UHGV virus genome: UHGV-1376660
Strand: one strand, 5' to 3'
DNA: 64,000 nt
DNA from: a virus
The position numbers and the translations under genes are program-made. This document shows positions 45,762 to 55,348 of the stretch, piece by piece (positions within the stretch are counted from its first letter, which is position 1; the number at the start of each line of letters is the position of its first letter). The notes under the pieces were generated by a model that was not told the DNA's origin, ran no database searches, and saw only the letters and a program-made list of their open reading frames with translations.

Positions 45762-46205
45762 TTATGCGACTTTCTTACCAAAAATGTTGGATAGCGTGAC
45801 TCTGGTCTGGCGTTTCAGCCTGTACTGCCTCACATCGCCAATCTTGTTCACTTCCATAAACTCTTTGGCCACCTTCAGCACCAGCCGATTGCGGAACACT
45901 TTGAACGCCTCCAGCTGTTCCTCTGGGTTATCCGATTCGTAGATCTCCAGCAGATACTGGCACGCCTTCGGATCTTGCGTTTTAAGCGCCAGCGCTCTGG
46001 CACATTTACGCAAACGACTGACTTTGTCGGCACCATCCAGCCCGGCGAACGCCAGCGCCAGATCTAACGTGACCGGACAGTCGATGATTTCCCAGAACTG
46101 CGACCGCATGGTGGCCGCAACTGCTTTATCCTGAAAATCCGCTGGGATAGCCGCCAGCGCTTGTGCAATCTTCTGTGCCTCGTTCATGGTGTTCTCTTTA
46201 TTCAT
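45762..46205 (-). CDS. hypothetical protein (147 aa)
   Basis: Long ORF in the operon. Confidence 0.5.
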   Translation of the reverse strand: MNKENTMNEAQKIAQALAAIPADFQDKAVAATMRSQFWEIIDCPVTLDLALAFAGLDGADKVSRLRKCARALALKTQDPKACQYLLEIYESDNPEEQLEAFKVFRNRLVLKVAKEFMEVNKIGDVRQYRLKRQTRVTLSNIFGKKVA

Positions 46206-47371
46206 TTGCTAATAGTCTCCGCTACCTCTGCCAGAATTGCTTCCAGCTTTTCGCCTTCTTCTGGGCGAAAGTACAAAATGTTTGGGTTAAATCCGTAGAA
46301 AACGGTCACATCCAGCTCCGGCAGATACTCTTTGCGTCCAACCAGGTCGGATGGTTTGTTCTTGTTGTTGAAGAGTGACGTCGCCCGGCTGCCACACGTC
46401 AGCACATAGGTCGGACGCACCAGATTGACCTCTTCACGCATAAAGTCGGTGAACTGGCCGATCTCGTCTTTGGTGTAGTCCTTCTCTTTGTCCTTCACCT
46501 TTTTGCACACGCCGGTGACGTAGAGATCGCCCATGCGCAGATCGCCTGCAGTAAGCAACTTCGCTTTAAAGTCGTCGTAGCCGTTCTCCATGAAGTAACC
46601 GGTACGCCCATCATTGCCGTTCGCGTTGTCCAGAATGACCATGATTTTCGGCTTAATGCCAATGCTTGGGCGAATCAGGTCGTCTCCCAGACCCATTTCG
46701 GCCGCCATGCGAGTCATCAGTACATTCACCTCGGCAGAGCGCTTAGGGTTCATCTCGAACGGTCGAGAGGCTTTTACAGCGTCGATCACCAGATTGCCCA
46801 TCAGCTCTGCCTGGTCGCGCAGACGTTCCGGGTCTGTCGCTGGCAGACTGCCAGGCTCAATCGATGCGAACGCACCTACTTTTTGCAGTGACTCGCGTAC
46901 CCGGCTGTTACATGCACGCTTCTCGACCGATTCCTCGAATTGCGCCAGCGATTCGAATTTTCCGCCAACTTTCTCACGTGCTCTCATGATGGCCTGGCAT
47001 CCGTTCTCAGAGCAGCCTTTCACAGCAGAGAATGGCGCATACAGAACCTGGCTGCCGTCTTCTAGCGTGCGGATCTCAATTCGGTTAGATGACACGTTAA
47101 CGTCTGGTGGCAATATGCGAATACCATAGGTCAGCGCATCCTTAACCAGCCCTTGGTGCTTATCCTCGCCCAGAATGGTGAGAGCTGCAGCGAAGAATTC
47201 AGCAGGGTAGTGCGTCTTTAGCCACATAGACTGATAGCTGATCAGCGAGTAGGCAACGGAGTGTGATTTGTTGAAGGCATACGCGCCGGATTTCTCAAAC
47301 ATATTCCAGATTTCTTCGGCTCGTTCGTGCGTCAGGCCATTACTCTCTTCAACAACACCGGTAATTTTCAT
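46202..47371 (-). CDS. dnaE: DNA polymerase III alpha subunit, C-terminal fragment (from the FNKSHS region to the OB fold)
   Basis: ERAEEIWNMFEKSGAYAFNKSHSVAYSLISYQSMWLKTHYP matches the DnaE fingers region. The ATG overlaps the HNH gene stop as ATGA. Confidence 0.8.
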   Translation of the reverse strand: MKITGVVEESNGLTHERAEEIWNMFEKSGAYAFNKSHSVAYSLISYQSMWLKTHYPAEFFAAALTILGEDKHQGLVKDALTYGIRILPPDVNVSSNRIEIRTLEDGSQVLYAPFSAVKGCSENGCQAIMRAREKVGGKFESLAQFEESVEKRACNSRVRESLQKVGAFASIEPGSLPATDPERLRDQAELMGNLVIDAVKASRPFEMNPKRSAEVNVLMTRMAAEMGLGDDLIRPSIGIKPKIMVILDNANGNDGRTGYFMENGYDDFKAKLLTAGDLRMGDLYVTGVCKKVKDKEKDYTKDEIGQFTDFMREEVNLVRPTYVLTCGSRATSLFNNKNKPSDLVGRKEYLPELDVTVFYGFNPNILYFRPEEGEKLEAILAEVAETISK

Positions 47372-48102
47372 GCAGTCACCTCATCAATCTTCATGAACTC
47401 ATACCCATTGGACACCAGCCAGTCCCGCTGGCGCTCCCAGCTCCATACCTCTTCACGCATTTCGCTATGCAGACGAATGTGAGCGTCTTCTGGAAGTGCT
47501 ACCAGATTCCCAGGGGCGTTATCTACCGTGTCGCGGTTAAGGTGGTGGACATGTTCATCGTCACGTAGCTCCCGACCGAGATGTTCTTTCGCTATCAACC
47601 GATGAACGTATTCGTATTGCGAAACGCCATTGTTACCAACCAGCTGCATCATGTAGCCGTTGGTTTTTATGATGACGCCACCTTTGTAGTTGTTCGCTTC
47701 TTCTCCGGTCTTTCCGCGTTTGGCAGCCGCCAGCTTTTCCTTCGTCTCTAGGCGGATTGTTCTGCCGGTCAGCTTTTTCGAAACGGTGGCCACTCGCTCA
47801 TCGGTATCAGCACGCAGCCCTGCATTCCACGAGGTTTTCCCATACATAGGGTTGCCAGCGCCAGCCCGGGCTTCGGAGAGTCGCTTTATGCGTTCGTCAT
47901 TATTTTTGTTTTTGCCACGATTCCAGGCTGGGGTAGCGGAGATCCGCGCGTTTCCGCGCCTGATCCCCCATTTGGCTAATAAGCGATCGATATTTGCCTT
48001 GCTGCAACCAGCTTCGGCGGCAATGTCTTCTTTTCTCATCAGGTCAACCATGTAACGCTGGCGTAACCATTCTTCTGTGATTTTGTACTTCGTACCCGGC
48101 AT
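47368..48102 (-). CDS. free-standing HNH homing endonuclease with NUMOD-like repeats
   Basis: EYVHRLIAKEHLGR...HVHHLNRDTVDNAPGNL (HNH) and GNPMYGKTSWNAG (NUMOD3-like). Class 1 motif at 48117-48148 upstream. Confidence 0.75.
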   Translation of the reverse strand: MPGTKYKITEEWLRQRYMVDLMRKEDIAAEAGCSKANIDRLLAKWGIRRGNARISATPAWNRGKNKNNDERIKRLSEARAGAGNPMYGKTSWNAGLRADTDERVATVSKKLTGRTIRLETKEKLAAAKRGKTGEEANNYKGGVIIKTNGYMMQLVGNNGVSQYEYVHRLIAKEHLGRELRDDEHVHHLNRDTVDNAPGNLVALPEDAHIRLHSEMREEVWSWERQRDWLVSNGYEFMKIDEVTA

Positions 48103-48116
48103 TTCAAAAACTCACT

Positions 48117-48148
48117 AAACAAATTGTTTTCTTATCTTATAAATTAAC
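48117..48148 (-). promoter_or_regulatory. class 1 element upstream of the HNH endonuclease gene inside dnaE
   Basis: AAACAAATTGTTTTCTTATCTTATAAATTAAC. Confidence 0.5.
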
Positions 48149-48150
48149 TC

Positions 48151-50514
48151 TCAAATATCGAAGCTCGTTATGTCGGCATTTATAGCCATTGCTTCGGCAT
48201 AAGTGCGACGCTCACCATCAGCGCAAAGTAGGCGTGCTGCTTTATGAATTTTCCTCGTAGAACCGTCATCCAGTGACACTGTCACCCAGCCTTCCTCCGC
48301 TCGCTTAATGAAGTTGCCGCCAATGGATTTCATTTTCTCCATATCTTTTTTCCCGATCGCTTTCCTGACCGAGTCTGCTTCCGCCATAGAGAACCCCGCC
48401 AAGATTCGCGTAGCAGCCATGATCTGTTCCTGATAAATCAGAACGCCGTTTGTGTCGCGAGAGATGTCGTCCAGCATTGGGTGTAAGGAATGTGGAGCCA
48501 TGAAGCCTTTGGCCACGGAGACATAGTCGTCCAACATGCCGGATTGAATCGGGCCTGGTCGGAAGAGTGCGGTCGTGGCGACAACGGTTTTGAAGCTCAT
48601 TGGCTCAATACCACCGCCAATATCTTTAAGCAGCTTGCGCATAGGGCCGGACTCCAGCTGGAATACGCCCTGCGTGTACCCTGCAGCGAACCCATCCAGA
48701 ACCTTGCGATCGTCCAGTGGGATAGCATCGAGATTGATGTCTTCCTCGGTACTCTCTTTGATGTAGCGTTTCGCGCTATCCAGCAGATCGAGCGTTGCCA
48801 GACCGAGAACGTCCAGCTTAATCAGCCCCATCGCCTCGCAGTAACGTTTATCGAACGCAATACAGCGAGCGTTGCCACGCAGCTCGACGGGAGTGCGCTC
48901 TACCAGTGGAACGCCAGCGACGATCATCCCCGCTGCGTGACGGCCAAAACCACGCATCAGGCTTTGCAGCTTACATGCCGCTTTGAACGCTTCCGGGTTT
49001 TTCGTGGCGTATTTGTCTAGGCTGGCCAGTTGTTCGCGCAGCTCTTCCAGCGGCAGGCTATCGTCCTCCAGATTCTTGAACTCTTTGGATACCGCCATAT
49101 CCGCAGCGTCTACACCGTAAATACGCGCAGTGTCACGCAGCGCAGAAGCCGCGCCCAGATAGGTGAAGTTCGGAATACCGGCAACGTAATCTTCTCCATA
49201 ACGTTCATTCAGATACTCGATCACCTCATGACGACGTGCCTGGCTGAAGTCCAGATCCGCATCCGGCAAGTCGAGACGTTCAGGGTTAATGAAACGCTCA
49301 AACAGAAGACCGTGACGGATAGGATCGACGTTGGTTATGCCGATGCACCACGCCACCAGAGAACCGGCAGAGGAACCACGACCTGGCCCGACAGGAATGC
49401 CAGTTTCACGGCTGTGATTCATCAGGTCGCGCACCATCAGGAAGTAACCGCAGAAGCCCAGGCGGGTCAGCGTGTCCATTTCGTACTTCAGACGATCAAC
49501 ATACACGCGGTGCTCAGAAGCCGGTGGTGTGTAACCAAACTCTTTGGTAGTAAGACGCTTGCGCAGCCCCGCGACAGCCAGCTTCATCAGCGTTGCAGGC
49601 TCGTCGTCTGCCATCTTGGGCAGTGCTGGTGGCAATTCATGCCAGCGCCATGTGCAGGCTTCAATAATGGTGTCCTGCGTTGTTGAGGCCATTGCAGCTG
49701 TTACAGGTACATCCATGCGAACGGAGAAGGCTTTCAGCGCTTCAAGGAGATGGCGGCGACCATTAACGGCGTTATCTCGCTGGTGGGGAATACGCAGACG
49801 ATGCGGCTGGTCGATTTTGATGTTGTTCGTAACCATGTGCGCAATGTCTTTAATGTCAGCGTCGTCGACCGCTTCGTAATAAGCGGGATAGAACGCCACT
49901 GGCTCTATTTTCAGTGCGCTCGCCACTTTCATCGCCCGGACGTTAATCTGGTCGTAGAATGGGGTAGGGTGCGGATAAACCACGCTGTAGAAGTTATCGC
50001 GTCCTCCAACTGTCACCAGCGTCCCGATAATCTTTGCGAAGTCCCGGCGCTGGAATACACTGCCAATGTCGGACGTCAGCAGGATGATGTTGCCTTTGGC
50101 ATATGCGGCCGCCAGCTGGTCAAGTGCCAGACGCGGGACAAAGTAGAATTGCTCGCGCTTGTTGGCTAAGGTCATCAGTTCGCACACGTCGCGATAACCT
50201 TGCTCATTCTTTATCAGTGCCGTGAAGCAGTAGCTGCGATCACGCACCAATGATTCCATACATCCTCCTGACTCTTTCGCCAGGCGGGCGCGGTGCTCGT
50301 ATGTCGGATCGTCGACCACATTCAGCTTAACACCACAAATAACCGCCATGTCGTCGCCAGCGGCACGCTGCAGGGGGATCACACTGGCAATGTTCATGCT
50401 GTCAGCGGAAATGACAGCGGTGTAGCCAGCGTCTCTCGCGATTTTGACCGCGTTTTCTGCTTTTAGAGCCGACTCTCCCAGGGAGAAGTCAGTTCTGACC
50501 ATCAGAGCCTTCAT
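48151..50514 (-). CDS. dnaE: DNA polymerase III alpha subunit, N-terminal fragment (PHP domain, palm, thumb, part of fingers)
   Basis: PHP motifs (MVRTDFSLGES), GIPVGPGRGSSAGSLVAWCIGIT and DLPDADLDF catalytic residues. The 787 aa here plus 389 aa in the C-terminal fragment add up to about the length of a full DnaE. Confidence 0.85.
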   Translation of the reverse strand: MKALMVRTDFSLGESALKAENAVKIARDAGYTAVISADSMNIASVIPLQRAAGDDMAVICGVKLNVVDDPTYEHRARLAKESGGCMESLVRDRSYCFTALIKNEQGYRDVCELMTLANKREQFYFVPRLALDQLAAAYAKGNIILLTSDIGSVFQRRDFAKIIGTLVTVGGRDNFYSVVYPHPTPFYDQINVRAMKVASALKIEPVAFYPAYYEAVDDADIKDIAHMVTNNIKIDQPHRLRIPHQRDNAVNGRRHLLEALKAFSVRMDVPVTAAMASTTQDTIIEACTWRWHELPPALPKMADDEPATLMKLAVAGLRKRLTTKEFGYTPPASEHRVYVDRLKYEMDTLTRLGFCGYFLMVRDLMNHSRETGIPVGPGRGSSAGSLVAWCIGITNVDPIRHGLLFERFINPERLDLPDADLDFSQARRHEVIEYLNERYGEDYVAGIPNFTYLGAASALRDTARIYGVDAADMAVSKEFKNLEDDSLPLEELREQLASLDKYATKNPEAFKAACKLQSLMRGFGRHAAGMIVAGVPLVERTPVELRGNARCIAFDKRYCEAMGLIKLDVLGLATLDLLDSAKRYIKESTEEDINLDAIPLDDRKVLDGFAAGYTQGVFQLESGPMRKLLKDIGGGIEPMSFKTVVATTALFRPGPIQSGMLDDYVSVAKGFMAPHSLHPMLDDISRDTNGVLIYQEQIMAATRILAGFSMAEADSVRKAIGKKDMEKMKSIGGNFIKRAEEGWVTVSLDDGSTRKIHKAARLLCADGERRTYAEAMAINADITSFDI

Positions 50515-50692
50515 GTGTTTTTACCTTTCTGGTTTTCTTGATTTTGTCATTGGGGAAGCCAACGAACTTCCCATACATCGAAATCGCAACCTCTTTGGCT
50601 GACTGGTGGCACTCGGGCCTATCCGGACACGCCAGACAAGCCCGGCCAGTTTCAGACGCTGCGATAAGAGAGCCGAAACATCCTTTACGCAC
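50489..50692 (-). CDS. small Cys4 zinc-ribbon protein (67 aa)
   Basis: C..C...CLACPDRPEC cysteine pattern. Confidence 0.4.
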   Translation of the reverse strand: MRKGCFGSLIAASETGRACLACPDRPECHQSAKEVAISMYGKFVGFPNDKIKKTRKVKTHEGSDGQN

Positions 50693-50694
50693 GA

Positions 50695-51930
50695 TTAACC
50701 GAAGATCTTCTGAACCACTTCACGCGCCGCCTGTGCAGACGTGGATGGAAGTTTATTGATAAACGACTTTTCGATGCCGGCAGAGAAATCACCGCGCATC
50801 ATTCCGATTTTTGCGGACAGCAGCAGCTCGCGAGGGCCGATTGGCTGGCTGATCAGATGCTGTTCATAACCTTCACGGACAAGGTTCGCGAACTTCACCA
50901 TCTTCTCGGCGTATTCGCGGATGACGCCAGCCTCAGCCAGCATGTTGACTTCAGCCTTAGTGCTCATGTACTTCACGTTCGAAACAATGCCGAAGCGCGA
51001 GAAGTTCGCCGCGTTCTGGATGTTCGTACCTTGATAGAGACCCGTTTCGTCGCCAGAGCCGTTGGTGTTGCCAGTGCCAATGAAGGCAAAGCGTTTATGC
51101 GGAGTGATACGGCGCCAGTCCGGAGTTGCCTCTTTGATGATCAGCGGCTCTCCTTCAAGAACTGGCTGGTACACACCCAGAATCTGCGGGAACGCGAAGT
51201 CATATTCATCAGCGAGGTACACCCAGCCATTTTTCATCGCCAGCGCCAGCAAACCAGGCTCGAAGTAGGTGGAGCCATCGCGAGCGAGGATCTGGCCTGT
51301 AACGTGTGCTTCTTCCATAGACGCCGTATGCTGGGCGCGGATCAGTGGTCGATTCAGCAGGGCGCATAGCTGTGTAGGAAGAGAAGATTTACCGGTTCCT
51401 GCATGACCCCAGAGATAGCCTGGTATTCCGATTTCCAGCATCATGAAGATGTCTTTAATCAGGTCGAAGTCGCCATACACATAGTTCTTCTTCGCTTCCG
51501 GTACGAACTCCGGATATGGCGTGTTGACGTTGACTGTCACCTGTAGTGGCTTTCCGCGTGGCGTTCCCAGCTCTTTGATCGTTACGCCAAGCAGCTCGTG
51601 CGCGGCCACCAGTTCGGTCTTGTATTCGACCGTTCCTGCGTAGCCCGGATGTGCGCTAATCTCCGCTACTTTTCCTTCGCCTGAATGCTTTTCGGCACGC
51701 TTCTCATTGAGTTTGGCCAGTGCCGTGCGAGAGATCGTTGGTTCATCCGGAAACGCAGAGGTGTACATTTTCACCACTTCGTCCACGTCCAGACCCTTCG
51801 CGGACTCAGGAATGTTTTCGCAACGGCCCATAGAGATATGGGATTTCAGGTAATGAAAGGATTTGCCACACCACTTGCAGACGATGGCTTCCGGCAAATG
51901 TTCTTCTTGCTGTAGTGCAGTAGCGGTCAT
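50695..51930 (-). CDS. cobS: CobS-like AAA+ ATPase (MoxR/cobaltochelatase-subunit family)
   Basis: Walker A GHAGTGKSSL, Walker B ADEYDF, size about 410 aa. Confidence 0.65.
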   Translation of the reverse strand: MTATALQQEEHLPEAIVCKWCGKSFHYLKSHISMGRCENIPESAKGLDVDEVVKMYTSAFPDEPTISRTALAKLNEKRAEKHSGEGKVAEISAHPGYAGTVEYKTELVAAHELLGVTIKELGTPRGKPLQVTVNVNTPYPEFVPEAKKNYVYGDFDLIKDIFMMLEIGIPGYLWGHAGTGKSSLPTQLCALLNRPLIRAQHTASMEEAHVTGQILARDGSTYFEPGLLALAMKNGWVYLADEYDFAFPQILGVYQPVLEGEPLIIKEATPDWRRITPHKRFAFIGTGNTNGSGDETGLYQGTNIQNAANFSRFGIVSNVKYMSTKAEVNMLAEAGVIREYAEKMVKFANLVREGYEQHLISQPIGPRELLLSAKIGMMRGDFSAGIEKSFINKLPSTSAQAAREVVQKIFG

Positions 51931-52026
51931 GTGTTTTTCCTTACTGTTTGTCGTTCGTGGGGTATATCTTATATAAATATATTAGGCTGTATAGTAAGTG
52001 ATTACTTATTTTCACAAGTGAAGCTA

Positions 52027-54375
52027 TTACCCAAGAATGATACGAGATAACTCAGTGACGACTGACGGCCCTAACTCTTCTACGCTGTTCACCAGTGCGT
52101 AATTTTTGTAGTAACGTCGTGGTGCGTCGGTCAGAACGCCGATAGCCATCAAATCGATGTCACTCAACGTCTCAATTTCTTTGGTGACGGTTCGCAAATG
52201 CTGATGGAACCCATCGCCTGCAGCACATGGCGCCCCGTCGCTCATAACCAGCATGATCTTCTTGTCCTCCATACGCCCTGCAAACAGAGTCGCCAGCTGC
52301 GCGACGCTCTCACCATCGACGTTATTGAGCAGGGGGAACGTCTCACACACGCAGCCCATGCGGGCGCGGATCTCTGGCGAGTTAGCTTTCTCATTCCAGT
52401 TTTTGATAATGGGCAGCATTAGTGCCTCGAAGCGAGTAAACCCGCGCTTCGACATGGTTTCATAATCCGGACTACCAAACGTGGTAAAGCCGGTGATGAT
52501 GTTAGGCACATTGATACGATCCAGAGCATCCGCAATGGTGTAGGCGCTGGCGAGTGCCAGTTGAATCTTCCTGCCGCTCATTGAGCCGGACAAGTCGATA
52601 ACCTGCTGGACGCATGCGTTCACTGCTCTGTGGTCTTCCTTCTTGCGGAACACGCGGTCGTCGTTCATTGCCAGACGATACAGGTTCGCGCCATGTATCC
52701 GCCCACGTCTCTGGCCTGGGATAAACTGAACTCGGTTGCGGCTGGCGATAGCTCGCTCCAGGTCTTTGGCCAGAGTCGAAGAAACGCCTGCTGACAGATG
52801 TTTTTCGATTTTCAGTTCAAATAGCTTTCTACCTTCCGGAACCATGCGGTAGCGATCGACCGGTGAGTGCATTGGGATTGCGCCGAACGTCTTTCTGGTG
52901 CGCTTTACATGCTCTTCAGCCTCATCAATCAACCCGATAAAGTCGTATGAACGATCGTATGGGCGATACTCAGAAAGTGAGGCGCTCATAAGCTCTTTGA
53001 TGATGGTGGCCGACAGTGCGTCTTCTGTCATTTCGCCTGTTCCGTCTTCCATCTCGTCGAGCGCCTTGAGTGCGTCCTCCAGAGTCATTTCATCCGGAGC
53101 AGGAACAAAGCCTGACTCACTGTCTTCAGGCGCTTCCGCAGCACCCTCATTTTCTTTGCCTTCGCCGTCTGTGTGTTCGGCGGCGTCATCTTCCTCTTCG
53201 CCTTCTCCTTCGGATTCATCATGACCGGCATCGGAGTTTTCGCCGTCATCACTATCCCCGTCGCCAGCTGCGCCAGAGCCATAACCATCGGAGTCATCGG
53301 CGTCTTCGCGAATGCCATCACCAGGCGTTGGAGAGCCAGTGTCATCACTATCACCTGATTCCATGCCGTCATCATCGGATTCTGGGGTGTCTCCTGATTC
53401 CTCTTCGCCTGCTTCTGTATATTTACTTTCTGTATCACTAATTTCTTTATCCCCTGTAGGTAAGTCCTTATCTACTAATTCAGGCAAATCAGAATCCCCA
53501 GACTCTTCCTCTTCTGAGGCGTCATCTTCTTGCTCTTCCTTATCGTCGTCTTCGCCTTTGGTACGCTTTGGCGCTGATTCACTATGAGTCGGTTCGTCAC
53601 CGGCTTCTGGGGTTTCCTCTGACTCGTCCTCACTCTTCGACGGCTTCCTAGCAGACGATTTAATCTCTGGTAATTTGCCCTCTGGCTTGTCTTTCATATC
53701 CTGCATGATTTGGGCGATAGCAGCTGCGACCTTCACGCAGTCCTCTGTGTTCGACATATTGCGAACGGCCACGTCAATGCCATGCTCTTTGAGCAAGGCT
53801 ACAGGCTTCTCGATGAGGTGCCAGTGATCTTCCATAAAGTCGATGAAAGGGCTTTGGCCATCCCAGGCGCGGACGACAGGGCAAAGGAAGAATTTCAGGA
53901 ACAATTCACGCTGGTTGCCGTGGCAGATTGAAACCGCCTCTGACACTTTGCCCTTGAAGTATTTGTCGATCACCAGGTTCTGCGTGGCCAGCAAATTGCG
54001 ACGGGTTCCGTTGAATACCTGTCCCATTCTGCGTTCAATAAAAACGTCTTCCAGCGCGTTCCAAAGCCCGGTAGACGGAGCCTTTCCTCTCTCGCGCATT
54101 TTCATTGCGACTTTCGGATCAGTAAAGAGGATATGGGCTACCTCATGGTCGAGAAAACCACGTACTGCGTTCATGAGGGTTGGTGATGCATCGTCAGGTA
54201 TAGATGGGATATTTACCAGCACTGGTTCGCCGCGCCGGTTGTAGCGGACATATGCTTCATTGCCTCGCTCTGCAACAGGTATCTGTTTGCCTGATAGCAT
54301 CGCTACAACTCGTTTTACGCAGTCGCGGAAGTCCTGTACCTCTTTCAGCACAGATCTGGTCATGGCTTTGGACAT
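52027..54375 (-). CDS. cobT: CobT-like protein with a long D/E/S-rich linker and a C-terminal von Willebrand A domain
   Basis: vWA MIDAS motif (DLSGSMSG) in the C-terminal 300 aa. ATG at 54375 with an AAGGAAAT RBS; class 1 motif at 54395-54430. Confidence 0.6.
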   Translation of the reverse strand: MSKAMTRSVLKEVQDFRDCVKRVVAMLSGKQIPVAERGNEAYVRYNRRGEPVLVNIPSIPDDASPTLMNAVRGFLDHEVAHILFTDPKVAMKMRERGKAPSTGLWNALEDVFIERRMGQVFNGTRRNLLATQNLVIDKYFKGKVSEAVSICHGNQRELFLKFFLCPVVRAWDGQSPFIDFMEDHWHLIEKPVALLKEHGIDVAVRNMSNTEDCVKVAAAIAQIMQDMKDKPEGKLPEIKSSARKPSKSEDESEETPEAGDEPTHSESAPKRTKGEDDDKEEQEDDASEEEESGDSDLPELVDKDLPTGDKEISDTESKYTEAGEEESGDTPESDDDGMESGDSDDTGSPTPGDGIREDADDSDGYGSGAAGDGDSDDGENSDAGHDESEGEGEEEDDAAEHTDGEGKENEGAAEAPEDSESGFVPAPDEMTLEDALKALDEMEDGTGEMTEDALSATIIKELMSASLSEYRPYDRSYDFIGLIDEAEEHVKRTRKTFGAIPMHSPVDRYRMVPEGRKLFELKIEKHLSAGVSSTLAKDLERAIASRNRVQFIPGQRRGRIHGANLYRLAMNDDRVFRKKEDHRAVNACVQQVIDLSGSMSGRKIQLALASAYTIADALDRINVPNIITGFTTFGSPDYETMSKRGFTRFEALMLPIIKNWNEKANSPEIRARMGCVCETFPLLNNVDGESVAQLATLFAGRMEDKKIMLVMSDGAPCAAGDGFHQHLRTVTKEIETLSDIDLMAIGVLTDAPRRYYKNYALVNSVEELGPSVVTELSRIILG

Positions 54376-54484
54376 GAGAATTTCCTTGTTATTAAAACAA
54401 TTTGTTTTCTGGTTTGCGTAATTTATCACTGTACGAACAGGCGACTAAGCTGTTCGTACAGGTTTCTATCGGCAGGAATGTGTT

Positions 54485-54697
54485 TTAAAAGGTTCTAACG
54501 GCAAGAGAGCCGCAGCCAGTATTGATGAGAGTGAAATGTTTATTTTTTAGCTCAAAAGTGAAAACCGTCGTATCAACCATCTCCACGGGAAGCTCTTCGG
54601 ATTCCAATTCCGTCAGGATCGTCGCCACGCTATCCAGTCCAATCGCATACGCGTGTCCAACCTCAAGGGCGGTCAATTTAGAAGTTATATTTTTCAT
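54485..54697 (-). CDS. hypothetical protein (70 aa) in an AT-rich spacer
   Basis: ORF only. Confidence 0.3.
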   Translation of the reverse strand: MKNITSKLTALEVGHAYAIGLDSVATILTELESEELPVEMVDTTVFTFELKNKHFTLINTGCGSLAVRTF

Positions 54698-54961
54698 TTC
54701 ATATCATCCAACTGAACACATTTGAAAGTTTGTCAATACTACTACCTATTGTATCAATATGGAATGAGTCTATATCAGATACGTCTTACTTTTTCCTGTA
54801 AGCTAATAGTGACAAATTGCCTAAAAAACATAGTATAATAGCGGTGTTCCAGGGATTTAGTACCTATCGAAATTAAATAGATAAGTCTTTACAACCCTGG
54901 CCTTTGCTGTAATATCAGTAAGCACTTACCAGAGATAAACAAAACACGCAAGGTTTACTAC

Positions 54962-55348
54962 ATGGCTACCAACGAAACAGAGATCAAACAAGGTCGCTAC
55001 GCAGCTTATATTGACTCGTTAATCACAATCTCGCCTAAAAGTCAGGCCACCATTGCCAAAGAGGTTGGGTACAAGAACGCCAACAATCTCTCCCTCATTA
55101 AAAGCGGCAAAATCCCGCTGCCGATAGATAAAGTTCGAGCTTTAGCTAAAGCGCTGGATGCAGACCCGGTTCGACTGATGCTGATGGTTCTGGAAGAACG
55201 CCACCCTGAGTTGCTCGAATTTTTTCGCGAAGAGGGAACTGCGCCTCTCTCCGCTGATGAAAAACTTGTTCTAGAAGCATTCCGTAACCGTTTTAACGGT
55301 CAGCAGGGCGCATCAGAAAAGGTGGTCGAGGCCATCAAGTCACTGTGA
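54962..55348 (+). CDS. helix-turn-helix DNA-binding protein (128 aa)
   Basis: ATIAKEVGYKNANNLSLIKSG HTH segment; convergent with the recombinase gene. Confidence 0.5.
   Translation: MATNETEIKQGRYAAYIDSLITISPKSQATIAKEVGYKNANNLSLIKSGKIPLPIDKVRALAKALDADPVRLMLMVLEERHPELLEFFREEGTAPLSADEKLVLEAFRNRFNGQQGASEKVVEAIKSL

Noticed and set aside
47368-48151. Intein or group I intron as the explanation for the dnaE interruption
   Set aside because: No intein blocks (the C-extein does not start with Cys/Ser/Thr after an HN, and there is no Hint domain). The intervening DNA is almost entirely the HNH ORF, leaving no room for intron core structure. The two dnaE pieces have their own stop and start.
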